DNA of 64,000 nucleotides from a virus (taxonomy: Duplodnaviria > Caudoviricetes), in the IMG/VR virus record IMGVR_UViG_3300021256_000076, positions 1 through 64,000 of that record; one strand, 5' to 3'. This document shows, piece after piece, positions 26,770 to 35,956 of this stretch. The notes under the pieces are model-generated. The model was given only the letters and a program-made list of their open reading frames with translations, did no database searches and had not been told where the DNA came from. Both the position numbers and the translations under genes were made by a program. Position 1 is the stretch's first letter; each line of letters opens with the position of its first letter.

Positions 26770-27866
26770 TGGATTTAGTAGAGCGTTCAGTAAGATTTAT
26801 TGAAGAGAGGAAGCAGAGGCTGGATAGTGGTAAGATAAACTGTATTCCTACTCCGCTTAAGCAATTTAAATATGATTTTCCTGGAACTGAACAGGCTACC
26901 TATTATCTTATCAGTGGTGGTGCAAAGGCTTCAAAGAGCAAATTCACCAATTTTATATTTCTGTTTAATACCATCCTCTACATCTATGACCATCCTGACC
27001 TCATCAGACTGAAGGTATTCTACGCCTTGCTGGAGGAGACTCAGATGAATATCATGCTGAAGTTCATGTGCTATGTCTTGTTTGTCAAATATAAGATTCG
27101 CACAGACATCAAGGAACTTAAATCCATTGAGCAGGGAAGAAGCATCAAGCCTGAGGTACTTGATATTATCAAGTCCATAGAGATGCAGAGTATTCTCCAT
27201 TTCTTTGAAGAGCATATAGAATGGATACCAGACAGAAATCCGACAGGTATTTATAATACTTTGGAAAAGTATGCTAATTCTCATGGTACTACCCATAAGA
27301 AGTGGAGTGAGCCTCTTCAGAAGGAAGTGTTTGACTGGTATGAGCCTAATGATCCTGATGAGTATGTACTTTGTATCATAGACCATATAGGACTTATCTC
27401 AACAGAAAGAGGCTTTGACCTTAGGGAAAGTATAAAGAAACTCTCAGAATATCTTAAGATAGTCCGTAATAAATATGGTTATAGTCCTGTAGTGGTTCAG
27501 CAACAGAACAGTGAGACCTTGTCACTTGATGCCTTTAAACAGAATAAAGTGTATCCAACTCAGAAAGGCCTTCTTGACTGTCAGGATACATCAAGGGACT
27601 GTGATATATTTCTTGGGATAGTCAATCCCTATAGCTTTGAGTTTAAGACATTTGGAGAAAACAATGGCTATGATATCACTAAACTTAGGAGTTATGGAAG
27701 ATGGCTTAAGGTAGTTCAAGGCAGAGATGGTGAAAGTGATGCAACCTTAGGAATGTACTTTGATGGTGCTACTGGGTGGTATGCAGCTTTGCCAAAGTAT
27801 ACAAATACTGTTGAGCTAAACAAAGTATATCAGTTAGTACAGAGGAACAGGACTATTATAACTTAG
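26769..27866 (+). CDS. DnaB/SF4-like replicative helicase
   Basis: Walker A-like GGAKASKS; YALLEE; IIDHIGL; VVVQQQN; GRDG. Confidence 0.8.
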   Translation: MDLVERSVRFIEERKQRLDSGKINCIPTPLKQFKYDFPGTEQATYYLISGGAKASKSKFTNFIFLFNTILYIYDHPDLIRLKVFYALLEETQMNIMLKFMCYVLFVKYKIRTDIKELKSIEQGRSIKPEVLDIIKSIEMQSILHFFEEHIEWIPDRNPTGIYNTLEKYANSHGTTHKKWSEPLQKEVFDWYEPNDPDEYVLCIIDHIGLISTERGFDLRESIKKLSEYLKIVRNKYGYSPVVVQQQNSETLSLDAFKQNKVYPTQKGLLDCQDTSRDCDIFLGIVNPYSFEFKTFGENNGYDITKLRSYGRWLKVVQGRDGESDATLGMYFDGATGWYAALPKYTNTVELNKVYQLVQRNRTIIT

Positions 27867-27927
27867 TAAGTCTCTTCATATTATAAAGCGAAATTTTAAG
27901 TAGGATATCCATCTCAGAAGGGATGGA

Positions 27928-27935
27928 TATCTTTG
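27928..27935 (+). promoter_or_regulatory. -7 promoter overlapped by a 10-bp inverted repeat (27904-27931)
   Basis: GATATCCATC-N8-GATGGATATC overlapping TATCTTTG. Confidence 0.65.
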
Positions 27936-27970
27936 CAGTTACAAACAAATTTAAAGAGTAGAAGAAAACA

Positions 27971-28807
27971 ATGAGTAACATCATTTTGCCTACAGAACGT
28001 AGGAAAGCAACAGACTACAACCCAAGGTTGATGGTCTTATTTGGCAAGCCCAAGTGTGGAAAAAGCACCTTAATGGCATCTCTTGATGACAATCTTATCA
28101 TTGACTTGGAAGATGGTTATAGAGCACTTGATGTAATGTGTGTACAGGCAAGAAGTGCACAGGATATTTTCCAGATTAAGGCAGCTGTAGAAGAGAAGAA
28201 CAAGGAGGTTGGAAAGAACTTCTACCGCTTTATCACAATTGATAATGCTACAAGGCTGGAAGAAATGTCCCTGTTCTATGCAAATGCTCTCTATAGAATG
28301 ACTCCGATGGGTGCTACATGGGGCTATAAGAAGGATGCCATTGGAAACATCATTCTTGACAGTAATGGTAAGAAGGTATTGGATCCAAAGGCTGATGTAA
28401 GGCTTCTCCCGAATGGTGGTGGCTACCTCTATATGAGGAAAGCCCTCAAAGAAATGGTCAATATGTTCAAGCCATTATGTGATACCCTCATTCTTGTGTG
28501 TCATGTGAAGGACAAGCAAATCAAGAAAAATGACGAAGAGACTACAGAGATGCTTGTGGATCTTGCAGGCAAGACTGGAGATTTAATCTGTGGTGAGGCA
28601 GATGCCATTGGCTATGTTTCAAGGCAGGACAACAAGACTATCTTAAGTTTTAAAGGTGGTGAGAATAACATCAGAGGTTCTCGTCCACTTCATCTCAGAG
28701 AGAAGGCATTTGTAGTTGCTGAATCTGATGATGATGGCAACCTTACTGTAGATATGTCTCAGATATTCCCAGATATCAAGAAAAGCAAAGCTGCAAGTGC
28801 AGCATAA
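27971..28807 (+). CDS. AAA_24-type ATPase (Sak4-like)
   Basis: GKPKCGKS, IDLEDG, ITIDN, LVCH. Confidence 0.8.
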   Translation: MSNIILPTERRKATDYNPRLMVLFGKPKCGKSTLMASLDDNLIIDLEDGYRALDVMCVQARSAQDIFQIKAAVEEKNKEVGKNFYRFITIDNATRLEEMSLFYANALYRMTPMGATWGYKKDAIGNIILDSNGKKVLDPKADVRLLPNGGGYLYMRKALKEMVNMFKPLCDTLILVCHVKDKQIKKNDEETTEMLVDLAGKTGDLICGEADAIGYVSRQDNKTILSFKGGENNIRGSRPLHLREKAFVVAESDDDGNLTVDMSQIFPDIKKSKAASAA

Positions 28808-28845
28808 GGAAATAACAATTTAATCATTTAAACAAAACAAAAATC

Positions 28846-29424
28846 ATGGAGAAAAGAATTCCATTTTTTCATTTTCAGAGTGTAAAATCCGTAGCTAAGG
28901 CCATTGACCCTTACCTGAAGACTATGGATAAACTTAAGGGTGATGTGCTTGCTATCAAGGAGACCTATGAGGCAAAGCAAGCCAAGTTGAAGGCAGAGTT
29001 TGAGGAGAAGGCTGCCAAGGTAAAGCAGGAGTATGACAACTGTCAGCTTCAGATTGATTCTCTTGAGACTGGTATCCTTCAGGTAACAGGATTCCATGTG
29101 GCTGAGCTTGTCAAGAAGGTCATTGAGCCTACTGGAAAGACTGACCCTAAGACTGGTAAACCCATCAAGGTTACCAAGTATCTTCCAACAGACATTGTGT
29201 CTTATGATGAGACTGCCAAGGAGTATGTCATCTCAGTACCTGATGCAGAAGAGGAAGCTGTAGTTCCTCCTACAACTGAGGATACAGCAGGCAGTGACTA
29301 TGACAAGGATGCAGAGTCCTTTCAAGAGGAATCTGGCACCACAGATCAGCAGGAGGATAATCAGGAAGTATCAGCAGTGGATGCACAACCTACCAGTGAG
29401 GCGGGGCAAATGCCATGGGACTAA
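28846..29424 (+). CDS. Coiled-coil protein with acidic SSB-like tail
   Basis: Ends SEAGQMPWD. Confidence 0.75.
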   Translation: MEKRIPFFHFQSVKSVAKAIDPYLKTMDKLKGDVLAIKETYEAKQAKLKAEFEEKAAKVKQEYDNCQLQIDSLETGILQVTGFHVAELVKKVIEPTGKTDPKTGKPIKVTKYLPTDIVSYDETAKEYVISVPDAEEEAVVPPTTEDTAGSDYDKDAESFQEESGTTDQQEDNQEVSAVDAQPTSEAGQMPWD

Positions 29425-29462
29425 TAAAGGTTTATTAACACAATTAATAGAGTAGAACAGTT

Positions 29463-30416
29463 ATGAAAAAGTATTTTGACGAAGTAAGTTCTTCAAAGAA
29501 GAATGGAGTTAGTTTCCTGATGGTGGGTAAGACCCAAGAGTCAAAGGAAGCTGGTGAGGGAGGTTTCAAGCGTTATGTAGGTGTAGGCTCTACCTTTGTG
29601 AAGGGTGTACAGCCTTCCAAGAAGGAGATTGATGAGTTCTTTGGCTTTGAGTCTCAGAGTGAGCCAGAGTATCTGGTTGATACTGACAATGGCAAGGAGC
29701 TCAGGATTACATTCCTCATCCAAACAGACCCAGAGACCTGTAATGGTATTGAGCTGAAGAGCAGGGCTATGTTTACCTTGCGTCAGGCAGCTGCCTATAA
29801 CAGAGACCAGACCAAGTGTGAGGTAATTGACCAGTATGGCAACCACACATGGATTTCCACAGAGGATGCCAAGGCTGGCAAAGCCATCCTCAAGGCAGAT
29901 GGCAATCCTCAGAAGATTGACACCAAATATCGCATTGCCTGTGTAGGTGAGTGTGACCTTGTTGATTTCCTGAAGAAGTATCTGTGTGTTCCTGATGCCT
30001 TCAACTATGTCAATGGTGTATGGATGAAGAAGGAAGATGCTGACAGTCTCAAGTTTGGCTTTACCACAGATGACATCAAGGCAATGTTCTCAGGTAACTT
30101 CAAGGACCTCAAGGATGCCATTGCCATGCAACCTAACAACAAGGTGAAGCTGCTCTATGGTGTAAGGACCAATGATGAGGGCAAGCAGTATCAGGCAGTC
30201 TGCACAAGAGGTGAGCTTATCCTTGCCAATGCTGCCAATGTCAATGCCTTGACAAAGCTTGAGAAGGACCTTGCCAATGCCAAGCAGAATGGTGCATACC
30301 AGAACATTGACTATAGGGTGTGTGAGCTTCAGGAGTGGACTGTAGAGCCTACTAACCTTGAGGCACACGCAGGCTCTGAGGACAACAGTTCTGCAGGTGA
30401 TATGCCTTGGGACTAA
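29463..30416 (+). CDS. Putative single-stranded DNA-binding protein (crAss-type)
   Basis: Position between AAA ATPase and primase; acidic tail SSAGDMPWD. Confidence 0.7.
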   Translation: MKKYFDEVSSSKKNGVSFLMVGKTQESKEAGEGGFKRYVGVGSTFVKGVQPSKKEIDEFFGFESQSEPEYLVDTDNGKELRITFLIQTDPETCNGIELKSRAMFTLRQAAAYNRDQTKCEVIDQYGNHTWISTEDAKAGKAILKADGNPQKIDTKYRIACVGECDLVDFLKKYLCVPDAFNYVNGVWMKKEDADSLKFGFTTDDIKAMFSGNFKDLKDAIAMQPNNKVKLLYGVRTNDEGKQYQAVCTRGELILANAANVNALTKLEKDLANAKQNGAYQNIDYRVCELQEWTVEPTNLEAHAGSEDNSSAGDMPWD

Positions 30417-30435
30417 TATAAGTTCCTTTTTGCAA

Positions 30436-30491
30436 GGGGGAGAGTCAGAGAGAATTAAAGTGGTTTAGTAACTCTCCCCCACTCTTTTCTT
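30436..30491 (+). terminator. Terminator hairpin
   Basis: GGGGGAGAGT...ACTCTCCCCC followed by pyrimidine run. Confidence 0.65.
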
Positions 30492-30514
30492 CTAACCTTC
30501 CTTAATGAATTCCT

Positions 30515-31516
30515 ATGATAGTAGGCCAGACATCATCAAGCATCTCAAAGACAGAGGTGTTCTCCAAGTTCACAGAGACTCAGGTCCTTAAAGCTGTGTT
30601 TCCTGAAATATCAGAGGTTCCGTGCCTTATATGCTCACCCCTCAGAGTAGATAACAAGCCATCCTTCAGCATCTATATGACTGACGGAGGCCACATAGCA
30701 TGGAAAGACCATGCAGAGACTGGTGAGAGAGGAGGACTCATGGACCTATTGTGCAAATACTGGAAATGTACCTTCAATCAGGCTCTTGACAAGATATGCA
30801 AACTTCCTCAACTGAAGGATGAGATCGTCCTTAAGTCAAAGCAGATCAAGACACTCACAAGGAAAGAGGCAAGTACCTTGAAGAAGATAGAGGTAAAGGT
30901 AAGACCTTGGAGGGATTATGACTATGAATACTGGAAAAGCTATGGCATAGAGAAGCAATGGCTGCATTATGCAGGGGTATATCCGATAGCCTTCAAGATA
31001 ATAACCAAGAAGGACAAGGAGACAGGAAAGACTGTAAAATATTGCTTTCCTGCAGAGAAATATGCATATTGCTTCACGGAATTCAAAGAAGGCAAGTTAT
31101 CCCTGAAGATATACCAGCCCTACTCCAATAGGTTCAAGTGGTGCTCTTCAATGAGTGATGGGGTTATATCATTGTGGGCAAAGGTTCCTGAGTATGGAGA
31201 CAGGATTGTCTTATGCAGTAGCCTGAAAGATAGTCTTGTGCTGTCCTGTCAGCTTCATATTCCAGCAATAGCTCCTCAAGGAGAAGGCTATGATATATCT
31301 GAGACAGCTGTCAATGAACTAAAGAGAAGGTATAAGAAGGTATTCATCTGTTATGATACAGATGCTCCAGGGCTTAAGGACTCAGAGGTTCTTGCACAGA
31401 AAACAGGTTTTATCAACATTGTGCCTGATTTAAAGGGAGAGAAGGATCTATCCGATTACTATAAATCCCTTAAAAACAAAGATGAATTCAAACAACTAGA
31501 AAAATTATTTCATTAA
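30515..31516 (+). CDS. DNA primase (Toprim)
   Basis: SPLRVDNKPSF Zn-ribbon-like region; SSLKD; CYDTDAPG; KDLSD. Confidence 0.85.
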   Translation: MIVGQTSSSISKTEVFSKFTETQVLKAVFPEISEVPCLICSPLRVDNKPSFSIYMTDGGHIAWKDHAETGERGGLMDLLCKYWKCTFNQALDKICKLPQLKDEIVLKSKQIKTLTRKEASTLKKIEVKVRPWRDYDYEYWKSYGIEKQWLHYAGVYPIAFKIITKKDKETGKTVKYCFPAEKYAYCFTEFKEGKLSLKIYQPYSNRFKWCSSMSDGVISLWAKVPEYGDRIVLCSSLKDSLVLSCQLHIPAIAPQGEGYDISETAVNELKRRYKKVFICYDTDAPGLKDSEVLAQKTGFINIVPDLKGEKDLSDYYKSLKNKDEFKQLEKLFH

Positions 31517-31536
31517 TTATTTAAAACGTTTTAAAC

Positions 31537-32217
31537 ATGGAAAGAACAATCAAAATTGCCAACACTAAGACTCAGCAGCGTTATACTATCCAGACTTCAG
31601 CTACCACACTTGGTGAGCTTCAGGATCAGATGTCAGCACAGGGCATTGACTTTGCAGGCATGTCATTCACAGAAGGTCTTTCTAAGACCCAGCTTATCGG
31701 TAGGGACTCTCTGCTTCCCACCAATGTAATGTACAAGGGTCAGCCCACTAATGACTTGGTTATGCTGCTGACCAATACCACCAAGAACATTGCCTCTGGT
31801 GCCATCAGCCGTAAGGAGGCTTACCGTCTTATCAAGGAGATGAACCTTCAGGATGTTATTTCAGAGGGTGAGGGTAAGAACTATACCCTTGTGAAGACTG
31901 ATATCCTTGAGGATTACATCAATGATGAGCTTGGTGAGGAGTTTGACAAGAAGCTGGATGCCACCACTGAGGTTCTTGAGGAGGCCAAGAAGGCACCCAA
32001 GGTGGAGAATCCTCTGCCTGACATCAAGTCTGCTCCTCATCCTGAGGCTGTGGAGTGGTATTATATGGGCTTGAAAGCCATGCTGAAGAGCCATCTGCTC
32101 TATACCGATGACATTGCTGTCATTGCTGACCTTACTACTGAACTATACAAGCGCATGAAGGAGTCTGAGCCTAAGATTACTGACTCAGACATTGATGATA
32201 TGATTGCTAGTATCTAG
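31537..32217 (+). CDS. Putative ubiquitin-like (beta-grasp) modifier with C-terminal extension
   Basis: beta-beta-alpha (ATTLGELQ)-beta pattern ending KNIASG at residue 88; directly upstream of E2/JAB/E1. Confidence 0.6.
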   Translation: MERTIKIANTKTQQRYTIQTSATTLGELQDQMSAQGIDFAGMSFTEGLSKTQLIGRDSLLPTNVMYKGQPTNDLVMLLTNTTKNIASGAISRKEAYRLIKEMNLQDVISEGEGKNYTLVKTDILEDYINDELGEEFDKKLDATTEVLEEAKKAPKVENPLPDIKSAPHPEAVEWYYMGLKAMLKSHLLYTDDIAVIADLTTELYKRMKESEPKITDSDIDDMIASI

Positions 32218-32242
32218 CCATAACTGTTGAACTTGGTTGTGT

Positions 32243-32279
32243 CAGGGGGCAGATGAAACAGTCTGTCCCCTTTTATTTT
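32243..32279 (+). terminator. Terminator between the Ubl and E2 genes
   Basis: GGGGCAGA..TCTGTCCCC followed by T run. Confidence 0.7.
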
Positions 32280-32300
32280 CTAACATTATTAATAATATAT

Positions 32301-33527
32301 ATGATATACACAATCAATCAATTGAGACAAGAGATACTTGGCAATATCTACAATGTCTATGAGATATTCCAGAATTTCTTCGGAGAGCAATACACAGACC
32401 TTCAAGGAATCCCTACTGATGAGGATATAGCTAATTTCATGTCAAACTATCCTTCTGTAATCACTGTCACTATAGCTGAAAGAGAGAATTGCTATGATAT
32501 TCAGGCATCTACACTTCGTAACATCAAAAGGGCTTATTCAAGCCTGACACTGCCCATATTGGTGTGGTGGCCAAGAGTTACCATAACCAATGAGAATGAC
32601 AGGAGTGTTGTCATACATGATCTATATGCAAAGATTGAGGTTACTACTGAAGGGAGAATTCCATACCACAACAGGGGATTTCAGCTCAATAGGACTACAT
32701 TCACTGAAGAGCAGTTTTCCTGTGGGTATCTGCACAGTCATATTCCTTATTTTACTGGTATTCCCCATTTTGACAATCCCTGTTTGGGAAGTGGTCCTAT
32801 CAACAATACTATACTTGACTTGAAGAATGGCTATGAGGATACCTTATGGTTATTGTTCTGTCAGGAACTGTCATTGTATGTCACTGTGGAATCCCTCAGA
32901 GGTGGTCCTTATTTCAGAATGGAGACAATAGGCTCAAGGACTGTACTTTCAGAGTATAGCGGATACAGGTTTGAGTTTGACCATCTGACCAATACTGGGC
33001 TATATGGAGACTCCTATAAGGAGTTAGTTACAGAATTCCTCCCTTATTATTTAAAGAATGGACATCTGGCACTTAGCTACAAGGAAGGTACGTTTGTCCC
33101 TGGAATGCCATACTTTGACTATATCATTGATATATCAAATGCCTTCATAGACTTCTTCAATTCCAAGGATGCTTCTTTCCGAGAGAATAACAAACGCAGC
33201 CTATTTGATAGGAATTTGCTGAAAGAGGCTCTTATTGCAGAAGGCAAGTTCTACAGGACTGATGTTATGGCAAGAAGAACAGACACATCTTCCTGTGAAG
33301 GCAGTAGAATGTTTACTTTCAAAGGGGAGATGCAGCATCTCCATATCATTGCAGAGGATATGCACACAGAACCTGAGAAAACAATAATACTCTCAAACAG
33401 TGTTGCCATGTGTATCCTTCAGAACATACTTAAGGTTATTAATTACAGATTTACAAATGAACATAATAGAAAACAAGACAGTGGAGAAACAGCTTCCTCC
33501 ACTTATCAAACAGTCTGCTACATATAA
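32301..33527 (+). CDS. Putative prokaryotic E2 (UBC-like) protein
   Basis: GYLHSHIP...PCLGSGPI resembles the HxH/HPN..CLG E2 active-site signature. Confidence 0.6.
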   Translation: MIYTINQLRQEILGNIYNVYEIFQNFFGEQYTDLQGIPTDEDIANFMSNYPSVITVTIAERENCYDIQASTLRNIKRAYSSLTLPILVWWPRVTITNENDRSVVIHDLYAKIEVTTEGRIPYHNRGFQLNRTTFTEEQFSCGYLHSHIPYFTGIPHFDNPCLGSGPINNTILDLKNGYEDTLWLLFCQELSLYVTVESLRGGPYFRMETIGSRTVLSEYSGYRFEFDHLTNTGLYGDSYKELVTEFLPYYLKNGHLALSYKEGTFVPGMPYFDYIIDISNAFIDFFNSKDASFRENNKRSLFDRNLLKEALIAEGKFYRTDVMARRTDTSSCEGSRMFTFKGEMQHLHIIAEDMHTEPEKTIILSNSVAMCILQNILKVINYRFTNEHNRKQDSGETASSTYQTVCYI

Positions 33528-34665
33528 GCTGATAGTACCAAGAAAGGTTGAAGAGAAAATAAGATATCTGTGTAGGAAATTTCCTACCCTTGAGTGGTCT
33601 GGAGTATTGTTTACTACCCACGAAGGTAACTTTGAGGACGGCAATCTGGTGATTACATGTCAGGATATCTATCCAATGGATTTAGGTTCTCCAGGATTTA
33701 CTCAATTCAAGATGGATGAGACTGTGTCTGCCTATATAGCAGAGAATATTGAGCTATTTGACTGTGATGTACAGTTAGTGCATTCACATAACCAGATGCA
33801 GGCATTCTTCTCTGGTCAAGACCAAGCAACCCTTAGAGAAGAAGGCAATGACAGGAATTGCTTTGTGAGTTTAATTGTCAATAATGCAGGAACCTATTGT
33901 GCTGCCATTACCAGAAAGCTTCAGCTTACAAAGAAAGTCACAGTTGAGACATCTGGTGTGTCCTATGAGTTCTTTGGTGAGGGAAAGAAAGCCCTAACTA
34001 TTGGTACATCTCCTGTAGAGAATGTTTCAGAGGAGACAGCCATCCAGTATTTCATGCTTGATGTGGAAGTAGAGAAGGTAGAGAATCCTCTTGAATATCT
34101 TGACACAAGGTTTGATGAGATTGAGGCTAAGAAGAAAGCTACTACTCCTCCAAAGGTTAACCAGAAGATTGAGAAGTTTCCCTACATTGAAAGGCCTGTT
34201 GATGAAGATGAAGCTTTCTTTGATTGGATACACAAGGACAAGCCTGCTGTGGAGAGTCCTAAGCAAGCATCTTTGTGGGATAAGGATGAGATGGATGAGA
34301 TGATTGATGTGTCTGGATGGAATCCTGACCCAACTATTATCCATCATCTTTGCTGCCAGATGGTAACAAGCTCACTGATAGTCAATTCTGACATTGACCT
34401 CAAGCAATGGATAGTGCGTCACATGGAGAAGAAGTACAAGGAGATATTTGAGGACATGGAAGAGTTTGAAAGATGGGCTGACAGCATGATAGAGTTCATC
34501 CTCAACCATTACAATGATCCAGATGTTCCTGTGCAGCTCTATGATGATTGGGATTACTATATGGCAAAGATAGCAGGAGCTATCATTGATGAGCTGTCAG
34601 AGTATCCTTCAAATGACTACATTGATGAGTATATTGCACAATTAACAAAGAGAGGCTATGAATGA
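33457..34665 (+). CDS. JAB/MPN+ metallo-isopeptidase
   Basis: EWSG plus HSHNQMQAFFSGQD (E..HxH-x7-S-x2-D). Confidence 0.85.
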   Translation: MNIIENKTVEKQLPPLIKQSATYKLIVPRKVEEKIRYLCRKFPTLEWSGVLFTTHEGNFEDGNLVITCQDIYPMDLGSPGFTQFKMDETVSAYIAENIELFDCDVQLVHSHNQMQAFFSGQDQATLREEGNDRNCFVSLIVNNAGTYCAAITRKLQLTKKVTVETSGVSYEFFGEGKKALTIGTSPVENVSEETAIQYFMLDVEVEKVENPLEYLDTRFDEIEAKKKATTPPKVNQKIEKFPYIERPVDEDEAFFDWIHKDKPAVESPKQASLWDKDEMDEMIDVSGWNPDPTIIHHLCCQMVTSSLIVNSDIDLKQWIVRHMEKKYKEIFEDMEEFERWADSMIEFILNHYNDPDVPVQLYDDWDYYMAKIAGAIIDELSEYPSNDYIDEYIAQLTKRGYE

Positions 34666-35956
34666 GAATATAGATGATTGGATTAATTCTTTAAGCTGCT
34701 CCAATGAAGAGGAAGAGCAAAGCCCGTTTGAGGCAGGGATAATACCTCAGGAAGTTCCCCAGCCAGAACCTGAGCAGCCTCAGGCACAAGGTCTTTCTGA
34801 AGAGGATTTTGACAATATCCTTGAAGACTATGGTTTTACTCCGCCTGAGGATGTAGAGGCAGAAGAGATAACTGAGGAAGAGAGTGAGGAGGAGGAAGAG
34901 GTGGTTAATACTGACAGCTCAGAAGAGTACCATGAGAATATTGGTGAAGGAAGAGACCCTGATGCAGAAGAGGATGCTGACTGGGAGGAAGCTATTGACT
35001 CTGGTGCTATTTCTCCTGTATTGCACCAAACGTTTGAAGAAGGGCTAATCAATGGAGAAACTGCAGTCAGAGTAGATTCTGATGGCAGTATTCACAATTC
35101 AAGTATGGCAGAAGTTGGAGAGGTTATTTCCAATCCCCATAATAGCATTCATGATATACTTGAGATGGCTAGAGAGTTCATAGAACCAGCTGCCCCTGCT
35201 CCACAGGATGAATCTATGCTTCCACTCAATTCTCCTACCATACTGCTTGATGAATCCACTACAAGATTCTCTGGTGCTGAATGGTATAATGAGATTCAAA
35301 AGAAGAGCATCATTATTGCAGGCTGTGGAGGCATTGGATCAAACGCTGCCTTCCAGTTGGCAAGAATGCATCCAGCATCCATCGTGCTTTATGATGATGA
35401 TATTGTTGAGACAGTCAATATGGCAGGTCAGCTCTTCTCAAGGAATGATGTAGGCAAGGCAAAGGTAGATGCAATGCTTGATATGATAAGCCTATATACC
35501 AACATGCAGAACATCTATGCCCTGAGGCAGAGGTTTGAACCCAACACAGAAGCAGGAGATATAATGATATGTGGTTTTGACAACATGTCTGCAAGAAAGA
35601 CATTCTTTGAGGCATGGAAAAACCATGTATACAGAAAGCCTGAAGAGTATAGGAAGAACTGTCTGTATCTCGATGGAAGACTGAGCATGACAGACTTGCA
35701 GGTATTCTGCATAACAGGAGAAGACGACAACTATATGGAACAGTATAGAACCAAATATCTCTTCTCTGATGAGGATGCTGATGCTACTGTATGTTCCATG
35801 AAGCAGACTACCTATCTTGCATGTATGATTGGCTCTGTCATGGTCAATCTGTTCACCAATTGGGCAGCAGGACTGTTGGACCCCATCATGCCCTATGACC
35901 TTCCTTTCTTTACTGAGTATGATGCTCAGAACATGATTTTCAAAACTGTTAAGTGA
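34658..35956 (+). CDS. ThiF/E1-like adenylyltransferase with long acidic N-terminus
   Basis: GCGGIGS, DDDIVETVNMAGQ, GKAKV, CGFDNMSAR, LDGR; candidate Cys in TVCSMK. Confidence 0.88.
   Translation: MNENIDDWINSLSCSNEEEEQSPFEAGIIPQEVPQPEPEQPQAQGLSEEDFDNILEDYGFTPPEDVEAEEITEEESEEEEEVVNTDSSEEYHENIGEGRDPDAEEDADWEEAIDSGAISPVLHQTFEEGLINGETAVRVDSDGSIHNSSMAEVGEVISNPHNSIHDILEMAREFIEPAAPAPQDESMLPLNSPTILLDESTTRFSGAEWYNEIQKKSIIIAGCGGIGSNAAFQLARMHPASIVLYDDDIVETVNMAGQLFSRNDVGKAKVDAMLDMISLYTNMQNIYALRQRFEPNTEAGDIMICGFDNMSARKTFFEAWKNHVYRKPEEYRKNCLYLDGRLSMTDLQVFCITGEDDNYMEQYRTKYLFSDEDADATVCSMKQTTYLACMIGSVMVNLFTNWAAGLLDPIMPYDLPFFTEYDAQNMIFKTVK

Noticed and set aside
34658-35956. ThiF as a thiamine/molybdopterin biosynthesis gene
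   Set aside because: No ThiS/ThiG/MoaE neighbours; adjacent JAB and E2-like genes point to protein conjugation
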